Shown: piece after piece, positions 25,720 to 37,204 of the stretch
Layout of the letters: every line of letters starts with the position of its first letter
Numbering within the stretch: the stretch's first letter is position 1
From: Calcarisporiella thermophila CBS 279.70
Lineage: Eukaryota; Fungi; Calcarisporiellomycota
Length of the DNA stretch: 64,000 nt
Assembly: GCF_041956535.1 (NCBI RefSeq)
Contig: NW_027192209.1
Location: forward strand, 260,092-324,091
Direction: 5' to 3'
Made by a program: the position numbers and the translations under genes
The notes under the pieces: model-generated
Database searches by the model: none
Told to the model about the DNA's origin: nothing
The model's input: only the letters and a program-made list of their open reading frames with translations

Positions 25720-26230
25720 CCCAACCATACAGAATATAAAATTTCGCGTATTTTCAAAGATTGGCGGCTGTAATGTTTTTTTTCTTTCTTTCTGTAGCCT
25801 TTTTTTTCCCTTTCTTCTCCTTCTATTATTTTAAATGGTGAGACTTCTCCCCCTTCCCTGCTTGCCTTCTGAGCTTTTATTTTCTCTAGCTTATTTTTTT
25901 TTTTCCTTTTACGATTTATATAAAGCTATATAAAAGTTATTATGATGGGGAGGTTGATGCTTTTTATTCTTTTTCTTTTTCTTTTTTCACTCTAGGTTTT
26001 TTTTTCTCCAGGAAGATGGACTATAATTTTTTTTTCTCTCTCCCCTTTTTATACATATTGCTATTGTTATCATTATCATTATTTTATTTTTTTTCTCTCT
26101 TTGGTTTTCCGCAGAGAGAAGACGAGAGAGAGAAGAGTAGAAGAGGAAAAAAAAAACATATTGTATGTAAAAAAGGGAATAAAAGAAAAAAAAATTCTTG
26201 CTCTAAGTATTTTTTACACCCGACAATAAT

Positions 26231-28833
26231 TTATTTCCGGAGGTCCTCCAATCGCACTGCTACGGCATTCCGATGGGCATCCAACCCCTCGACCTCTGCT
26301 AACCGCATCACGGTGTCGCCCAAGTTCAAGAGTCCTTCCGCACTTAGCTGCTGTGATGTAATATGCTTCACAAACGTGTGGGTGTTGACGCCCGAGTACA
26401 TTCTCGCGTACCCATAGGTCGGGAGCGTATGGTTGGTGCCGCTGGCGTAGTCCCCGCAACTCTCCGGAGAGTAAGGCCCCACGAACACACTTCCGGCATT
26501 GTCGATCTTGGGCAAGAGGGATTCGGCATTGGCCACATGCAAGATGAGATGCTCCGGCGCATAAGCATTCGAAAACTGGACGGCCTCGTCGATGTTCTGG
26601 ACGCAGAGCGTGTAGCTCTTCGCAATGGATTGGCGCACAATTTCCACACGAGGCAATCGCAACGCCTGTTCATGCACCTCATCCTCAATCGCGGCAAGCT
26701 GACCAGCATCCAGCCCGACCGCGATCAAGACCACTTGGGAATCGACTCCGTGCTCGGCTTGCGACAACAAATCGGACGCAACATACTTCGGCACCGCGGT
26801 CGCATCCGCCACAACCAACACCTCCGAGGGCCCCGCCGGCATGTCAATCGCTACCAAGCTCTCGCTGTCTGTCTGGGTTAACATCTTCGCCGCGGTCACG
26901 TACTGATTGCCCGGTCCACAGATCTTGTCCACCTTGGGCACGCTCTCCGTCCCGTAGGCCATGGCCGCCACCGCTTGCGCCCCGCCCGCAAGTAGAACCG
27001 TGCTTGCACCCACTTTGTGCGCGACATAGAGCACCTCAGGCGCGACGGTGCCCTGCTTCGACGGCGGGGTTGCAATCACTATCTCCTTGCATCCGGCCAC
27101 CCGGGCAGGCACCCCCAGCATAATCGTCGACGACGGGAGCACCGCAGTTCCACCAGGGACGTACAGCCCCACCCTTTCGATCGGCCGGACGAACCGGGTG
27201 CACACCACCCCTGGCATGGTTTCCACCACCATCGGCTCCTTCTCCAGCTGAGCCTCGTGGAACTTCCACACATTTTCATACGCTTGGTCTATTGCGTCGC
27301 GGGTCTCCTGCGGGAGCTCCATCATCCGGGGATCAAACGGCGCACGAAGCACCGGGGAGTCCAAGCGGACCCCATCGAACTTCGCCGTCAAATCCAGAAG
27401 GGCTGCATCGCCTCGAGACCGAACCTCTTGAATAATCGGCGTGACCCGAGACATGATCTCGCCCGCCTGGATAATGGGCCGCTTAAGGAGAGCGGCACGT
27501 TGCTCTGCGCCAATCTCACCCACCCGGTACACACGCATAGCAATTCGATCACTCCTGGCCGGTGTAGGGATGGGGGCGGGGCTCTGAGCGGCAGGTTTGG
27601 CCTCGGTGGCCGCTTCGGTTTTCTCCACCACCTTTTGCCATTTTTCCTTCGCGTTTCCGGGTCGCCGGGTGATCTTCCTTGCTTTCGCATCGAGTCTCTG
27701 CTCGACATCATCGAGGGTGAGCCCTGCGCTCACCACTTTGGTCATCGCGAAATAAAGCAAATCGGCCGCCTCCCACGCGATTTCCTCTTTGGTTTTTGCT
27801 TCGCACAACTCCTCCGCCTCCTCCATGATCTTAGCGCGCAAGAGTGAAGGATCGCTGAAGAGCCGGGAAGTGTAGGAGCCAGCGGGGGCCGACTGGCGGC
27901 GCGACAGAAGCGTCTGCTCCAACGCAGAGAGCCCGCGATCGGTGCTGAAGCAACTGCGTGTGTTCAAATGGCAAAAACCTATGACCATGGACGAGTTGAA
28001 TTCAGTATGCATTCAACCCTTGCTCTACTCTAATGGACCCTACCTTGTCCGGCCTGCTTAACTGTGAACTTGAGCGCATCTCGATCGCAGTCCAATGTCA
28101 CCCGCACTAGTTGCTGGGTAGCCCCGGAGGTCGCACCCTTATACCAGAGTCCATGCTTGCGCGATTGGTACACTCCCGTGCCGGTGCGCAGAGCCTCCGA
28201 CAGGCTCTCCGCTGAAGAGTATACCAGACCGAGGCAAACATTGCGTTCATCCGTGACCACCGTTGCGAAGAGGCCATCAGGACGGTCGGTCGTGGCTGAC
28301 GCGAGATAGGCACGTGCAATGTTGATTTTATGGGGCTCGGGCTGGAGTGAAGTAGTGAGACGATCGGCCGCGACAAGGACATCGATATTATCTCTGTCCA
28401 GTGCTGTTATCTTTTCAACGGAGATCTCCTCGACATTGCCTAGCACCACGCGCAGCTCTCCGCCACACGGTAAAAGCCCCGCCTCCTTCGACAATGCTGC
28501 AATGTCTCTTGCCGTATCCTCATCCCCCTCAACTATAACGACCGATACCTTCTCGATCACTATAGCTGCCTCTTTTACGCTCCCAACCAACACTGCTAAT
28601 CTGTCGATTGGAATGTCATCACATTCGCTGGCGATCTGCGCATCGACGACGATTTTCGCCGCTCCCTGGTCGAGAAGCTCGATGGCTTCATCGATGGAAT
28701 TGGCAGGCAGCCAGTATGAAGTGGTGGGTGAGAAGGAGGGTGAGGTGGGGAGGGACTCCAAGAAAAGATCACCTAGATATGAAAGTGAGGCGAGAATGTC
28801 GCTCTGAGAGGGGTTGACTTTGGGAATAAACAT
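26231..28833 (-). CDS. HIS4: Trifunctional histidine biosynthesis protein (PRA-CH, PRA-PH, histidinol dehydrogenase), 2 exons
   Basis: LWYKGATSG..DCDRD..GFCH; SYTSRL..KIMEEAEE..EAADLLY; GLYVPGG, GPGNQYV, DMPAGPSE, YAPEHL, GDYASGTNHTLPT. Confidence 0.97.
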
Positions 28834-29096
28834 AATGGTATGGGGGTCTTAGATTTTGGAGGAAGGGGGACGGCCCTTATGCTGGATGCAAAATATGGCC
28901 CAAAAATGAAAACACTTAAAATCCTCTTATTTTTTTGTGTGTCATTATTGATCGAAATGCACTTCCCACCCCACCCCTATCTCAATAACCTAACCTACTG
29001 GATCATGATTCCTCTTCAGAGCCTCTTTTCCTTTTCCTTGCTGTACATCCTCAAAAAAATAAAAAATAGTTTCGATTTTCTCTGCTCACCGTGCAA

Positions 29097-30120
29097 ATGG
29101 CCAGTACACAAGTGCAAGCAACAGAAGCATCAGAGCAGATCCAGAATATGCCAGCGGGCACCATCCCGCGTGCCGACTGGACGGAAGATGAGACCCAGGC
29201 GATGGTAAACTTGCGATTAGAAATGGATTCGCGTTTTCAGAGCCAAAAACGACCCCGACCGCTGTGGGAAGAGCTGTCGCGGCGATTGGGAGAGATGGGT
29301 GAGTTAATCAGTAGAGATGAGGGCATTGATGAAATGGGAGCGAATGACCATTGATGAACGTTTTCTTTATTGTATGACCCTTTCCATCAGGATATCACAA
29401 GACTGCCGATCAATGCTGGGTCAAATTCAAGAACATGCGTGCAAGACGGGTAATTGACGAATACCCATGACCCCTGTATAGAAAAACCCATTCACGGTTG
29501 CCTTTGGCCCCTTCTTTTTCTTTGCGTAGACCCTTCCTGAAGAGCTCCAAATCTCGACTCCTAACCATGGAGCCACCTTTGTCGTCGAGCGTCCCTATAA
29601 CTCCAAGAATAATCGCATATCCATCGGGCATACTACTGGCGATATGATAATCGAAGACGGGCAGGGCGGCGAGACCCTTGCAACTGCTACTCTAAATACC
29701 GCTGGCAACGACACTACTCCAGTTTCGGCATCCCATCCCTCGAGACTTGACAATCTTGCGCTTTCTCAGCCCCCGCTGTTCAACCACTCAAATCTGGGGC
29801 ACCACCTATTTGGCTCACCCGTCGGAGGAGGCAGTAGTCTAGGAGGAGGGGCCGAGGCAGCTAGCGGAGACGTGGTGAAGCTGTTGCGGAAAATTGCCAA
29901 GGCGGTGCGCAAAGAGAGCAAGAAGCAGCGACGCATGGCCAATAAGCAGAACAAACTCATACAAGAGTACTTAACGTCGGCACAGGAGAATCGGCGGCTG
30001 CTTGAGATATTGGTGGAGAACTCCAAGGCAACTTACGGCCTGCTACAAAACACCCAGTGTAATAACGGACATGATAAGAATCGGAAGGAAAATAGCAATG
30101 AGATTGAGAATGCGAGCTAA
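29097..30120 (+). CDS. Trihelix/GT-1-like (Myb/SANT-like) DNA-binding protein with a C-terminal coiled coil (3 exons)
   Basis: WTEDETQAMVNLR...PLWEELSRRLGEMG|YHKTADQCWVKFKNMR. Confidence 0.8.
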
Positions 30121-30902
30121 AAGTCTTTCATCTTGTATTTATATCCTTTTACTTGCAACTTGATCTAATATTTTTCTTTTTTTTCCTGGTGTATAGTTTT
30201 TATTCTTTTTTTCTTCTTTTTCTTCTACTTCTACTTCTTCTCCTTCACCTTTTTTCCCTCTCTCCCTTTTTCCTTCTATTCAGTACAACCCTGTTCATTT
30301 GCCTTTTCTTCTGTTCTTTTTCTCCTACCTCCAAGTTTTGTTGTACCTCGGTCAAAATGAATGATTAATGTTTTCTTTTTTTTTTTAAACGAGAGCCACA
30401 CACGTGTGTTGAATGGTTTCCAAGCTTCCACAACCTTCAATTCATGTCTTGCAAAGGAGCCAAAAGGTACTCGGTGCCTCGTCCAGGGCCCTGGAGTTAA
30501 GTTAGCACGGCGCGGTTTTACTCGTTCGGGCAAAAATGATACGCTTGGCACCTCAATAAGGGGGCATTATTCTAGCAAGGCACTGGCGATCTGTTGCTTA
30601 TCGTAATTTTTGGCTTCCGAATAATTCGATTTGGACAGGGTATTGTGTTAAGGTCGGTTGATGCTGAAGTTGCACTGGAGGAATCAATAAAGCGAGGGCA
30701 AGCTCAATTCGTGCTGGGCAATAGGCTTGTCAAAATGATTTCTATTTTTATTGCCGTGCACTAGGAAAATGGTAAGGGCACAGACCGCAAATTTTAATTG
30801 TTTCAGAGTGATAAATACAAATTACTGAGAAATGTTGTTCAAGGTATTTAAACTGAAGCCATAAAGCAACGTCCGGCCCTCTCAAAGCTACCCTTTCTAC
30901 TG

Positions 30903-30936
30903 CTCTCTCTCTCTATCTTTCTTTCTCTCTCTCTCC
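30903..30936 (+). repeat. (CT)n/CTTT pyrimidine tract in the leader of the secreted-protein gene
   Basis: ctctctctctctatctttctttctctctctctcc, downstream of a TATA-like TATTTAAA at 30845. Confidence 0.6.
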
Positions 30937-31075
30937 ATTCCTTTTTCTCACCCATAACACTCTTTACTACTTTCTAATTCTTTGACTCTCGTTAGCAGTT
31001 TTTCTTTCAAAGAACAACCGCCACCCAACCCTAATTCATATCTAGTTACTAATACTCACCTAATCACACTCGAGA

Positions 31076-32206
31076 ATGCGCCCGCTTTCCCTCGTTCTCG
31101 CCCTCTCCCTCGTCGCATCCAGCGCTCACGCCGCCCCTTCTGCGGGCAACAGCGGTCTTCTCGCCCAAGGCGCATCTCACGTTGCCATTGAGCCAGCTTC
31201 TTCACTTCACCACCTTGATCGCCGTACCTTCTGCAAGCGTACCGGTGACTGCAAGGAGGAGAAGCCACCCAAGAAGAAGAACAAGTGCAGGAGAAAGAAG
31301 AAGCCTGTGCCGGCTCCCTCGGGAACCCCTGTGAACGAGTCAGAAATCCCATCTCCCCCTAATAAGGTTAACCCGCAGACGACCATGCCCGTGGAATCGG
31401 AACCTCCGGCAAGCAGCACCGGAACCACGGAGCCTCCAAAGCAGGAAGCCACTCCGGCCCCACCTGCATCTTCAGTCCCCCCAAAGGAGGAAGAGAAGTC
31501 CACCTCACCTTCGAGCTCCAAGGCTGAGTCCACATCTACTCCCGCACCCACCTCCGCGCCTTCCTCTGCACCCGCATCGGCACCCACCTCTGCGCCCACC
31601 TCTGCCCCATCGGAAACCCCCAGCCAGGCCGAACCTAAAACTACAACCTCATGCTCAACCACAAAGGAGGAGCCCAAGCCCACTCCTTGCAACTGCGAGG
31701 ACGATGAAAAGAACGGTTTGAATATCGGAGTGGACCTCGGACTCAAAGGCGGCGTTGGAGGGGGGATGCTGCCCATCAACATTGATAAAGGAATGAACGT
31801 GGGCGTGAACCTTGGCGGAGGTGTGGGCATTAAAGGAAAAGGAGAGATGTCCGGAAAGATCGGAGACGGCATCGGAGGCAGCATCAGTGGGGGCGGCAAG
31901 GGCAGTATCTCTGGTAAAATGGATGGTAAAGTAGAGGGCGGCGCCCACGGGAGCGGAAACGGAGATGTATCTGGAAAGGTGGAGAAGACGGTTGGAGCCA
32001 GCGGGGGTGTTGGCGGCAGTGCCAACGGAGGAGCTTCCGGAAAGGTGGAAGAAAAGATCGCGGGCAGCGCTAAAGGGAGTGGCAACGGCGGTGTGTCTGG
32101 TCAGGTCGAGAAATCCATGGGAGCTTCCGGAGAGGCCAAAGGGTATGGTAGTGGGGACGTATCAGGGAAGGTTGAGAAGAAGATAAACGTGGGGGCTGGA
32201 AACTAG
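31076..32206 (+). CDS. Intronless secreted protein: Cys/Lys-rich N-terminus, Pro/Ser/Thr linker, Gly-rich tandem-repeat C-terminus
   Basis: Signal peptide MRPLSLVLALSLVASSAHA, dibasic LDRR, (S/T)APTS repeats, SGK-anchored 20/22-aa repeats. Confidence 0.85.
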   Translation: MRPLSLVLALSLVASSAHAAPSAGNSGLLAQGASHVAIEPASSLHHLDRRTFCKRTGDCKEEKPPKKKNKCRRKKKPVPAPSGTPVNESEIPSPPNKVNPQTTMPVESEPPASSTGTTEPPKQEATPAPPASSVPPKEEEKSTSPSSSKAESTSTPAPTSAPSSAPASAPTSAPTSAPSETPSQAEPKTTTSCSTTKEEPKPTPCNCEDDEKNGLNIGVDLGLKGGVGGGMLPINIDKGMNVGVNLGGGVGIKGKGEMSGKIGDGIGGSISGGGKGSISGKMDGKVEGGAHGSGNGDVSGKVEKTVGASGGVGGSANGGASGKVEEKIAGSAKGSGNGGVSGQVEKSMGASGEAKGYGSGDVSGKVEKKINVGAGN

Positions 32207-33100
32207 AGGAACGATGAAAGAAATCCGCCATAACCCAATCCACTCATTTTGTTTAATTGCAACGAGCCTTGTGATAGCGAATATCAAGCAGGCATATCGG
32301 CAACCTAATCCCTAGTACTATTTTTTTTTTCTCTTTTGTAATTCTCTCTCAAACTGAGAAATCCAACTCTATTTCTTCACAAATGCACCCTTCTCATGCC
32401 GGGTTCTCTTAAAGTACATTGTTTTATTTGAAACAATTGATAGCATTAATAAAAATATTTAGATCCCTTCTAATTCAACCACCTATTTAGAGTGCAAAAG
32501 GATCCTCATCATTACTCCATTCTGCATAAAATGTCTCACACTCAGCAGTCACATAGGTCCTAGGAAGAGCGCCCTAAATTAGAAATTTTGCGCCCAAGAT
32601 CGACTTTTTCATGCACGGTGGCTTAGAATGTTGGTCCCAGCTCGAGCACCAATCAGAAATTTCCGAATATTATTTTTATTCTTATCTCGATTTCTCCTCC
32701 TATTCTTTTTTTTTCTCCCACTACAAGCTCTATTCTATACATCATTGCAAACCCATTAGCGTATTTTCTCTTTTATTTTTTTTCTTTTTATTTTGCTTTT
32801 TTTTCTTCTTCTTCTTGTCTTTAGTTTATAGGGTGTTTTATTAATTCTTGTATTTATTATTGATAGGGTTATTTATTCTCCCCTTTTTCTTGTTTATTTC
32901 ATACTGATCATTTTCTATTTATCATCTTCGATCAAATTGATATACTTCTTTTTTGATCAGAAGCTTTTTTTCATCATTTTTATATTGACTGGAATGATTA
33001 ATTCACCTTCTTGTTTGAATTCTCTTTCTATCATTAATTTTGCTTCTCGTTAGTATATTCTGTTAGCTTTATATCCATATCCTAGTTTTATTTTATCTCG

Positions 33101-34183
33101 ATGATGCGACAAGGTCCTTCGCTTTTAACCCTCTCCCTCAATTCATCCCTTCCCGCGCCCAAGACAAAATCCCTTCGCCCCGCTAAAATCGGCGTGAGAG
33201 ATCCTCCCGTCCCAAGGCCCAAGCAATATTCGCAACACCCCTCCGAGAGGAAACACAAAGACTCGGCCACTCTCTCTCCTAAGCAACAGCAACAACATCA
33301 TGGACAACACCAGAAACAACGTCAGCAGCCCCGCACCATGCCAACCAAAAAGCTGCAGGGTGATCATCCCCGCCGCTCAGAAGCTCTTAAGCCCAATCAT
33401 CGCAACACTCGAGGCAAACTTCGTCGCCAAAGACGTAGAGAGCTGCGCTCCCTTGAAGACGAGGCAGAGGCCCTTGGAGATCCAGAGCAGCAGCACCGAG
33501 ATATGATGTTTGGAGCAGGCAGCCCGCCCAAACGCCCGGTGCTGGAGCAGGTGCCACCCCAACCTGAGAAAGACGTGAAAACGCCCCTTCGTGTCAACAA
33601 CGAGCGAAAGCACCACACCATGTCCTCTCACCAACGTATGGTTGCTACCACGCTCACCTATTCCCCACCATTGGTTAATGCCAAGGCAAAAAATACCAGC
33701 CGCAAGATGCGTGAAACGGTGAACCGCTCGAATCCGAGCGTGGACCCCTTTTCGCACTCTCCCACCTCTCGGACCACCTCTCCTCCTTTGGCAACCAACA
33801 AGGCTCAGCATTATGCAGGTCCAAATTTCCATAACTCTCCTTCTCCCAGCACGTTGCCCGTCCCCGAGTTTGGCGGGCGCACCCCTCCCTTGTCTTACGC
33901 ATCCCCCCTGCGCACTGTAAGTCAACCCGACGAGGAGGGAGTGTTTCGTATGGAATCCGAGGACGAGGAAAGCGATCACAAGATGCTGGATGAAAATTTG
34001 CGTGCTAAATCTCGTCAACTCTTGGGCCTTTTGGTTGCCGCACGCAAAGAAACTGCTATGACGCCCACAACCCCCTCGATGGTCCATCCACAAGTACCCG
34101 AATACATGGCTACATCGTCGCCCCGCACTCATTTCTCGGAGATCAACCACATGTTGAAAACGATTCTCAAGATCGAGAATTAA
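33101..34183 (+). CDS. PNRC/Edc1-like mRNA decapping activator (intronless)
   Basis: HYAGPNFHNSPSPSTLPVP (YAGxxF plus LPxP motif) and C-terminal LKTILKI. Confidence 0.8.
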   Translation: MMRQGPSLLTLSLNSSLPAPKTKSLRPAKIGVRDPPVPRPKQYSQHPSERKHKDSATLSPKQQQQHHGQHQKQRQQPRTMPTKKLQGDHPRRSEALKPNHRNTRGKLRRQRRRELRSLEDEAEALGDPEQQHRDMMFGAGSPPKRPVLEQVPPQPEKDVKTPLRVNNERKHHTMSSHQRMVATTLTYSPPLVNAKAKNTSRKMRETVNRSNPSVDPFSHSPTSRTTSPPLATNKAQHYAGPNFHNSPSPSTLPVPEFGGRTPPLSYASPLRTVSQPDEEGVFRMESEDEESDHKMLDENLRAKSRQLLGLLVAARKETAMTPTTPSMVHPQVPEYMATSSPRTHFSEINHMLKTILKIEN

Positions 34184-34594
34184 TGTTAGATTTGTAAAAT
34201 GCTTCTGTATTATAGTCGTCCTTTTACCCTTTTTTCATTTCTTGTTTATATATTTGCTTTTCGAATTGCAGGCATATTTTTCCTTTTCTATCATGCTTTT
34301 TTTTTAAAGTCTAAAGTTGACTCTGCTTGACTTTGGGTCTTTTTCATTTTCTCTTTTTTTTTTGCTGCTTCTATTGTCAAGTAATTTGGAATTTTAAATA
34401 TTTGTAAACGAGAAATTTTGGGGGCGACTATTTCTCCTTTTGAGTTTGTTTTATTGTTTTGTGATTATTGAGAGTACTGTTAATTAAAGGATTTATATGG
34501 CGGCTAATTTTTTTTGCAGTCACGAATATCAATAATATTAAGGCTCGGCACCGGAGTGCCTTACAGTTATCCACAGATCCAACGCTAAAGATTG

Positions 34595-36083
34595 ATGTCG
34601 ACAGTGAACTGGAAGAACGTAAACAACTGGTAATGATATACTATTTGGGTTCTGGTCTCTCCAACGGATAATTGATTCCTCTTTTTAACTTGCCATTCAC
34701 TGACAGGCACTGGTAGATAATGTCTCTTTCTCGGTGACCCACAGGTTCTCGATCTAATTCTTTCCCATCAACAGGACTGGCAAAAACTGCATCGCCTGGG
34801 CCAAAACCTATCTCCAGGGGCAGCTTTCTGAGTTGGAAGCCCGGGATGGGCATCTCACGGTGCGCACCGAGGGAACGGTCGACATATCGGGTGATGTGGA
34901 GTTGAATCAGCGAAAAGGAAAGGTTATCACAATATTTGATGTGGACATCTCTGTTTTATGGACTGGTGAGATCGCAGATGGGGAAGCTGTGGAATTGAAA
35001 AAGGACGACAGCCGGATCACCGCCAGAGGAAGAGTGGATATCAAGGAGTTTATGTTTGACAGCGTCGTTGAAGATCTAGAGGTGGGCTAATCTTGGTTTG
35101 GCCATGTGTCTATCATTTCGAGCCGTCGAGCTTATAATGATTGTATGTATGGGTAGTGTGAGGTGTCTTGTCAGGCAGAAACTAGTGAGAAGAGACCGTT
35201 AATAGAGCTAGTGAAGCGGGAACTAGTATGGCAAATAAAAAAGGTCTTGAACGGCTTTGCTGTTGCACTGGTAGAGGGTAAACCATTTGGCTGCTTTCTT
35301 GAGGAAATAAAATCAAAATATCTAACTGAGCTTCGCATGTTTCTTCAGAAAATACCAAAGACGTAATTATAAATACCTCGGATTTTCAAGCACGTGTCAA
35401 AGACGCTCCCACTCCCGCCCATGTCACTCAATCCACCATCACCACCAACTCCAAGCCCCTCAAAGTAGAAACAACGAGGTTGACCTATTCCGTTGACTTC
35501 ACCATGACAGCACATGAGCTCTACGAAGCTCTATTGGATATAAAAAGGGTACAATCCTGGACCCGTCGCGAGAGCGGACTGGTGTTAGAACGTAGAGTGG
35601 GTGGAAAGGTAGTTTTATGGGATGGCAAGATCACAGGCGAGTTCGTGAATTTGGTAAGCGAGACTGGACTCCATACTTCAAGTTTATACTAAGCTCTATC
35701 ACCACAACTTCAGATACCCGAGAAGAAAATTGTCCAACGTTGGCGCATGCATACATGGCCACCGAATCATTATTCTACTGTACATCTCACATTGGAACCT
35801 GGCCAGCACTGGGTCACCGTCCATGTGTTGCAAGAGGGTATACCTATTGCTGAAGCCGAGAAAATGCGGTGGCATTGGTATGCCTATTACTGGGAGCAAA
35901 TATGGCGGAAGTTTGGGTAAGCTTTTGAATAAGCGCATGTTTTATTTTGCAGCTACTGACTCCTTGCATGTTTCCGATATTAGATCGCCTGCATTCAAAC
36001 CCGGCACACTGCAACTACGCCCCAGCAAACTTTTACACTTTGGATCAGGATGCGTTCAGTTGGGCTTTGCAGGGAGACCATAG
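34595..36083 (+). CDS. AHA1: Activator of Hsp90 ATPase (about 7 exons, including a 6-nt microexon)
   Basis: MSTVNWKNVNN-W-H-W-TGKNCIAWAK, NQRKGKVITIFD, and a START-like C-terminal domain (ELYEALLD, WDGKITG, WRMHTWP). Confidence 0.9.
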
Positions 36084-37204
36084 AAAACACTTTATATCAA
36101 ACTAAAATGTTAATAAATATGTATAGAGTCGATTCCGTTTTTTTTTAAAGATCGTTTCATATCTCCCAATAGCTTTGAGTTTGAAATTTAGCTGTAGCAT
36201 CGTCTCCGGCCTTAGGTTTCTTCTGTTTATCTAATCTCGACGCTCGATGAAGATAAAAGGGCCTAAGAAACTTTTTCGAACTGGAGATACAAGGAAGCAA
36301 CGCAAGCGAAGCTATATCTATAAATATCCTCTGCGATAGCTCTTACTCTCTGGATTCAGATGTCTGGATCTAATAACCTAGTGCTCCTCTTGGACAAATA
36401 GCATGCTTGAAGGAACTAGCACGCTATTCGTCATTAAGCTCCAATGTATTCCACATGCCAATGAGTAATCTATAAACGTTAATACACACAAATAATAGGG
36501 AAGATGGGGGAAACGGAACAAACCTGCTCGGCCTTTACAATTTCTTCGTTCGTTCAAGACAAATAGATGGAATGCTCGGGGACTCCGTACTAATTTTTGT
36601 TCCTTGGAGCGTTTTACAAGTCGCGGCTTCCACCGTATTAATACTTTCCGAGATGAAAAGGGTCTTTCATACCCATCTGTCACGCTTTGCTTTTTCCTTC
36701 CCCAAGTCGCTACGAAGAACGGGCCCATTGCCCAAGGCTTTTAATTTTTCTCTCGACGAGTCAACGGGCTTTTGCCACTAGAGCTTCCTATTAGAATACT
36801 TGCCTTTTGTTCAACTCTCTGTGTTTGCTGTCTTCCAATTTGGAACGCGTGCTTTAATTAATACAGACATTACCCAATCTTGGAAATCTTTGAAACTCCT
36901 CCTGAAAATGTGTTCGAGATTAATGCTTCCCAATTAGAAACTCAAATTGGCGATTGGCCGGACCGTTCATTTTGATTTAAAGGCCAACTCTAATTATATT
37001 GATCGAAACTGCGATATTTTTTCTGACCCTCTCTTTCTTGCTAGTTCCCTCTCTCTCTACATACCCCTCCCACTCCTTCCCCTTCCTCTCTGGAGCTTTA
37101 TGTCGGCATAGAGTCTCTTCCCACCTCTTTGTCAACTTGTACTATTTATACTCTACTTTACCAGTCCTTTCATTCCCTTGATAATATCTATTCCACTGTA
37201 AGCT

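Noticed and set aside
30141-30150. ATATCCTTTT, a U12-donor-like sequence
   Set aside because: It lies 20 nt after the trihelix stop codon in a T-rich 3' UTR, with no reading-frame requirement and no clear U12 branch or acceptor.
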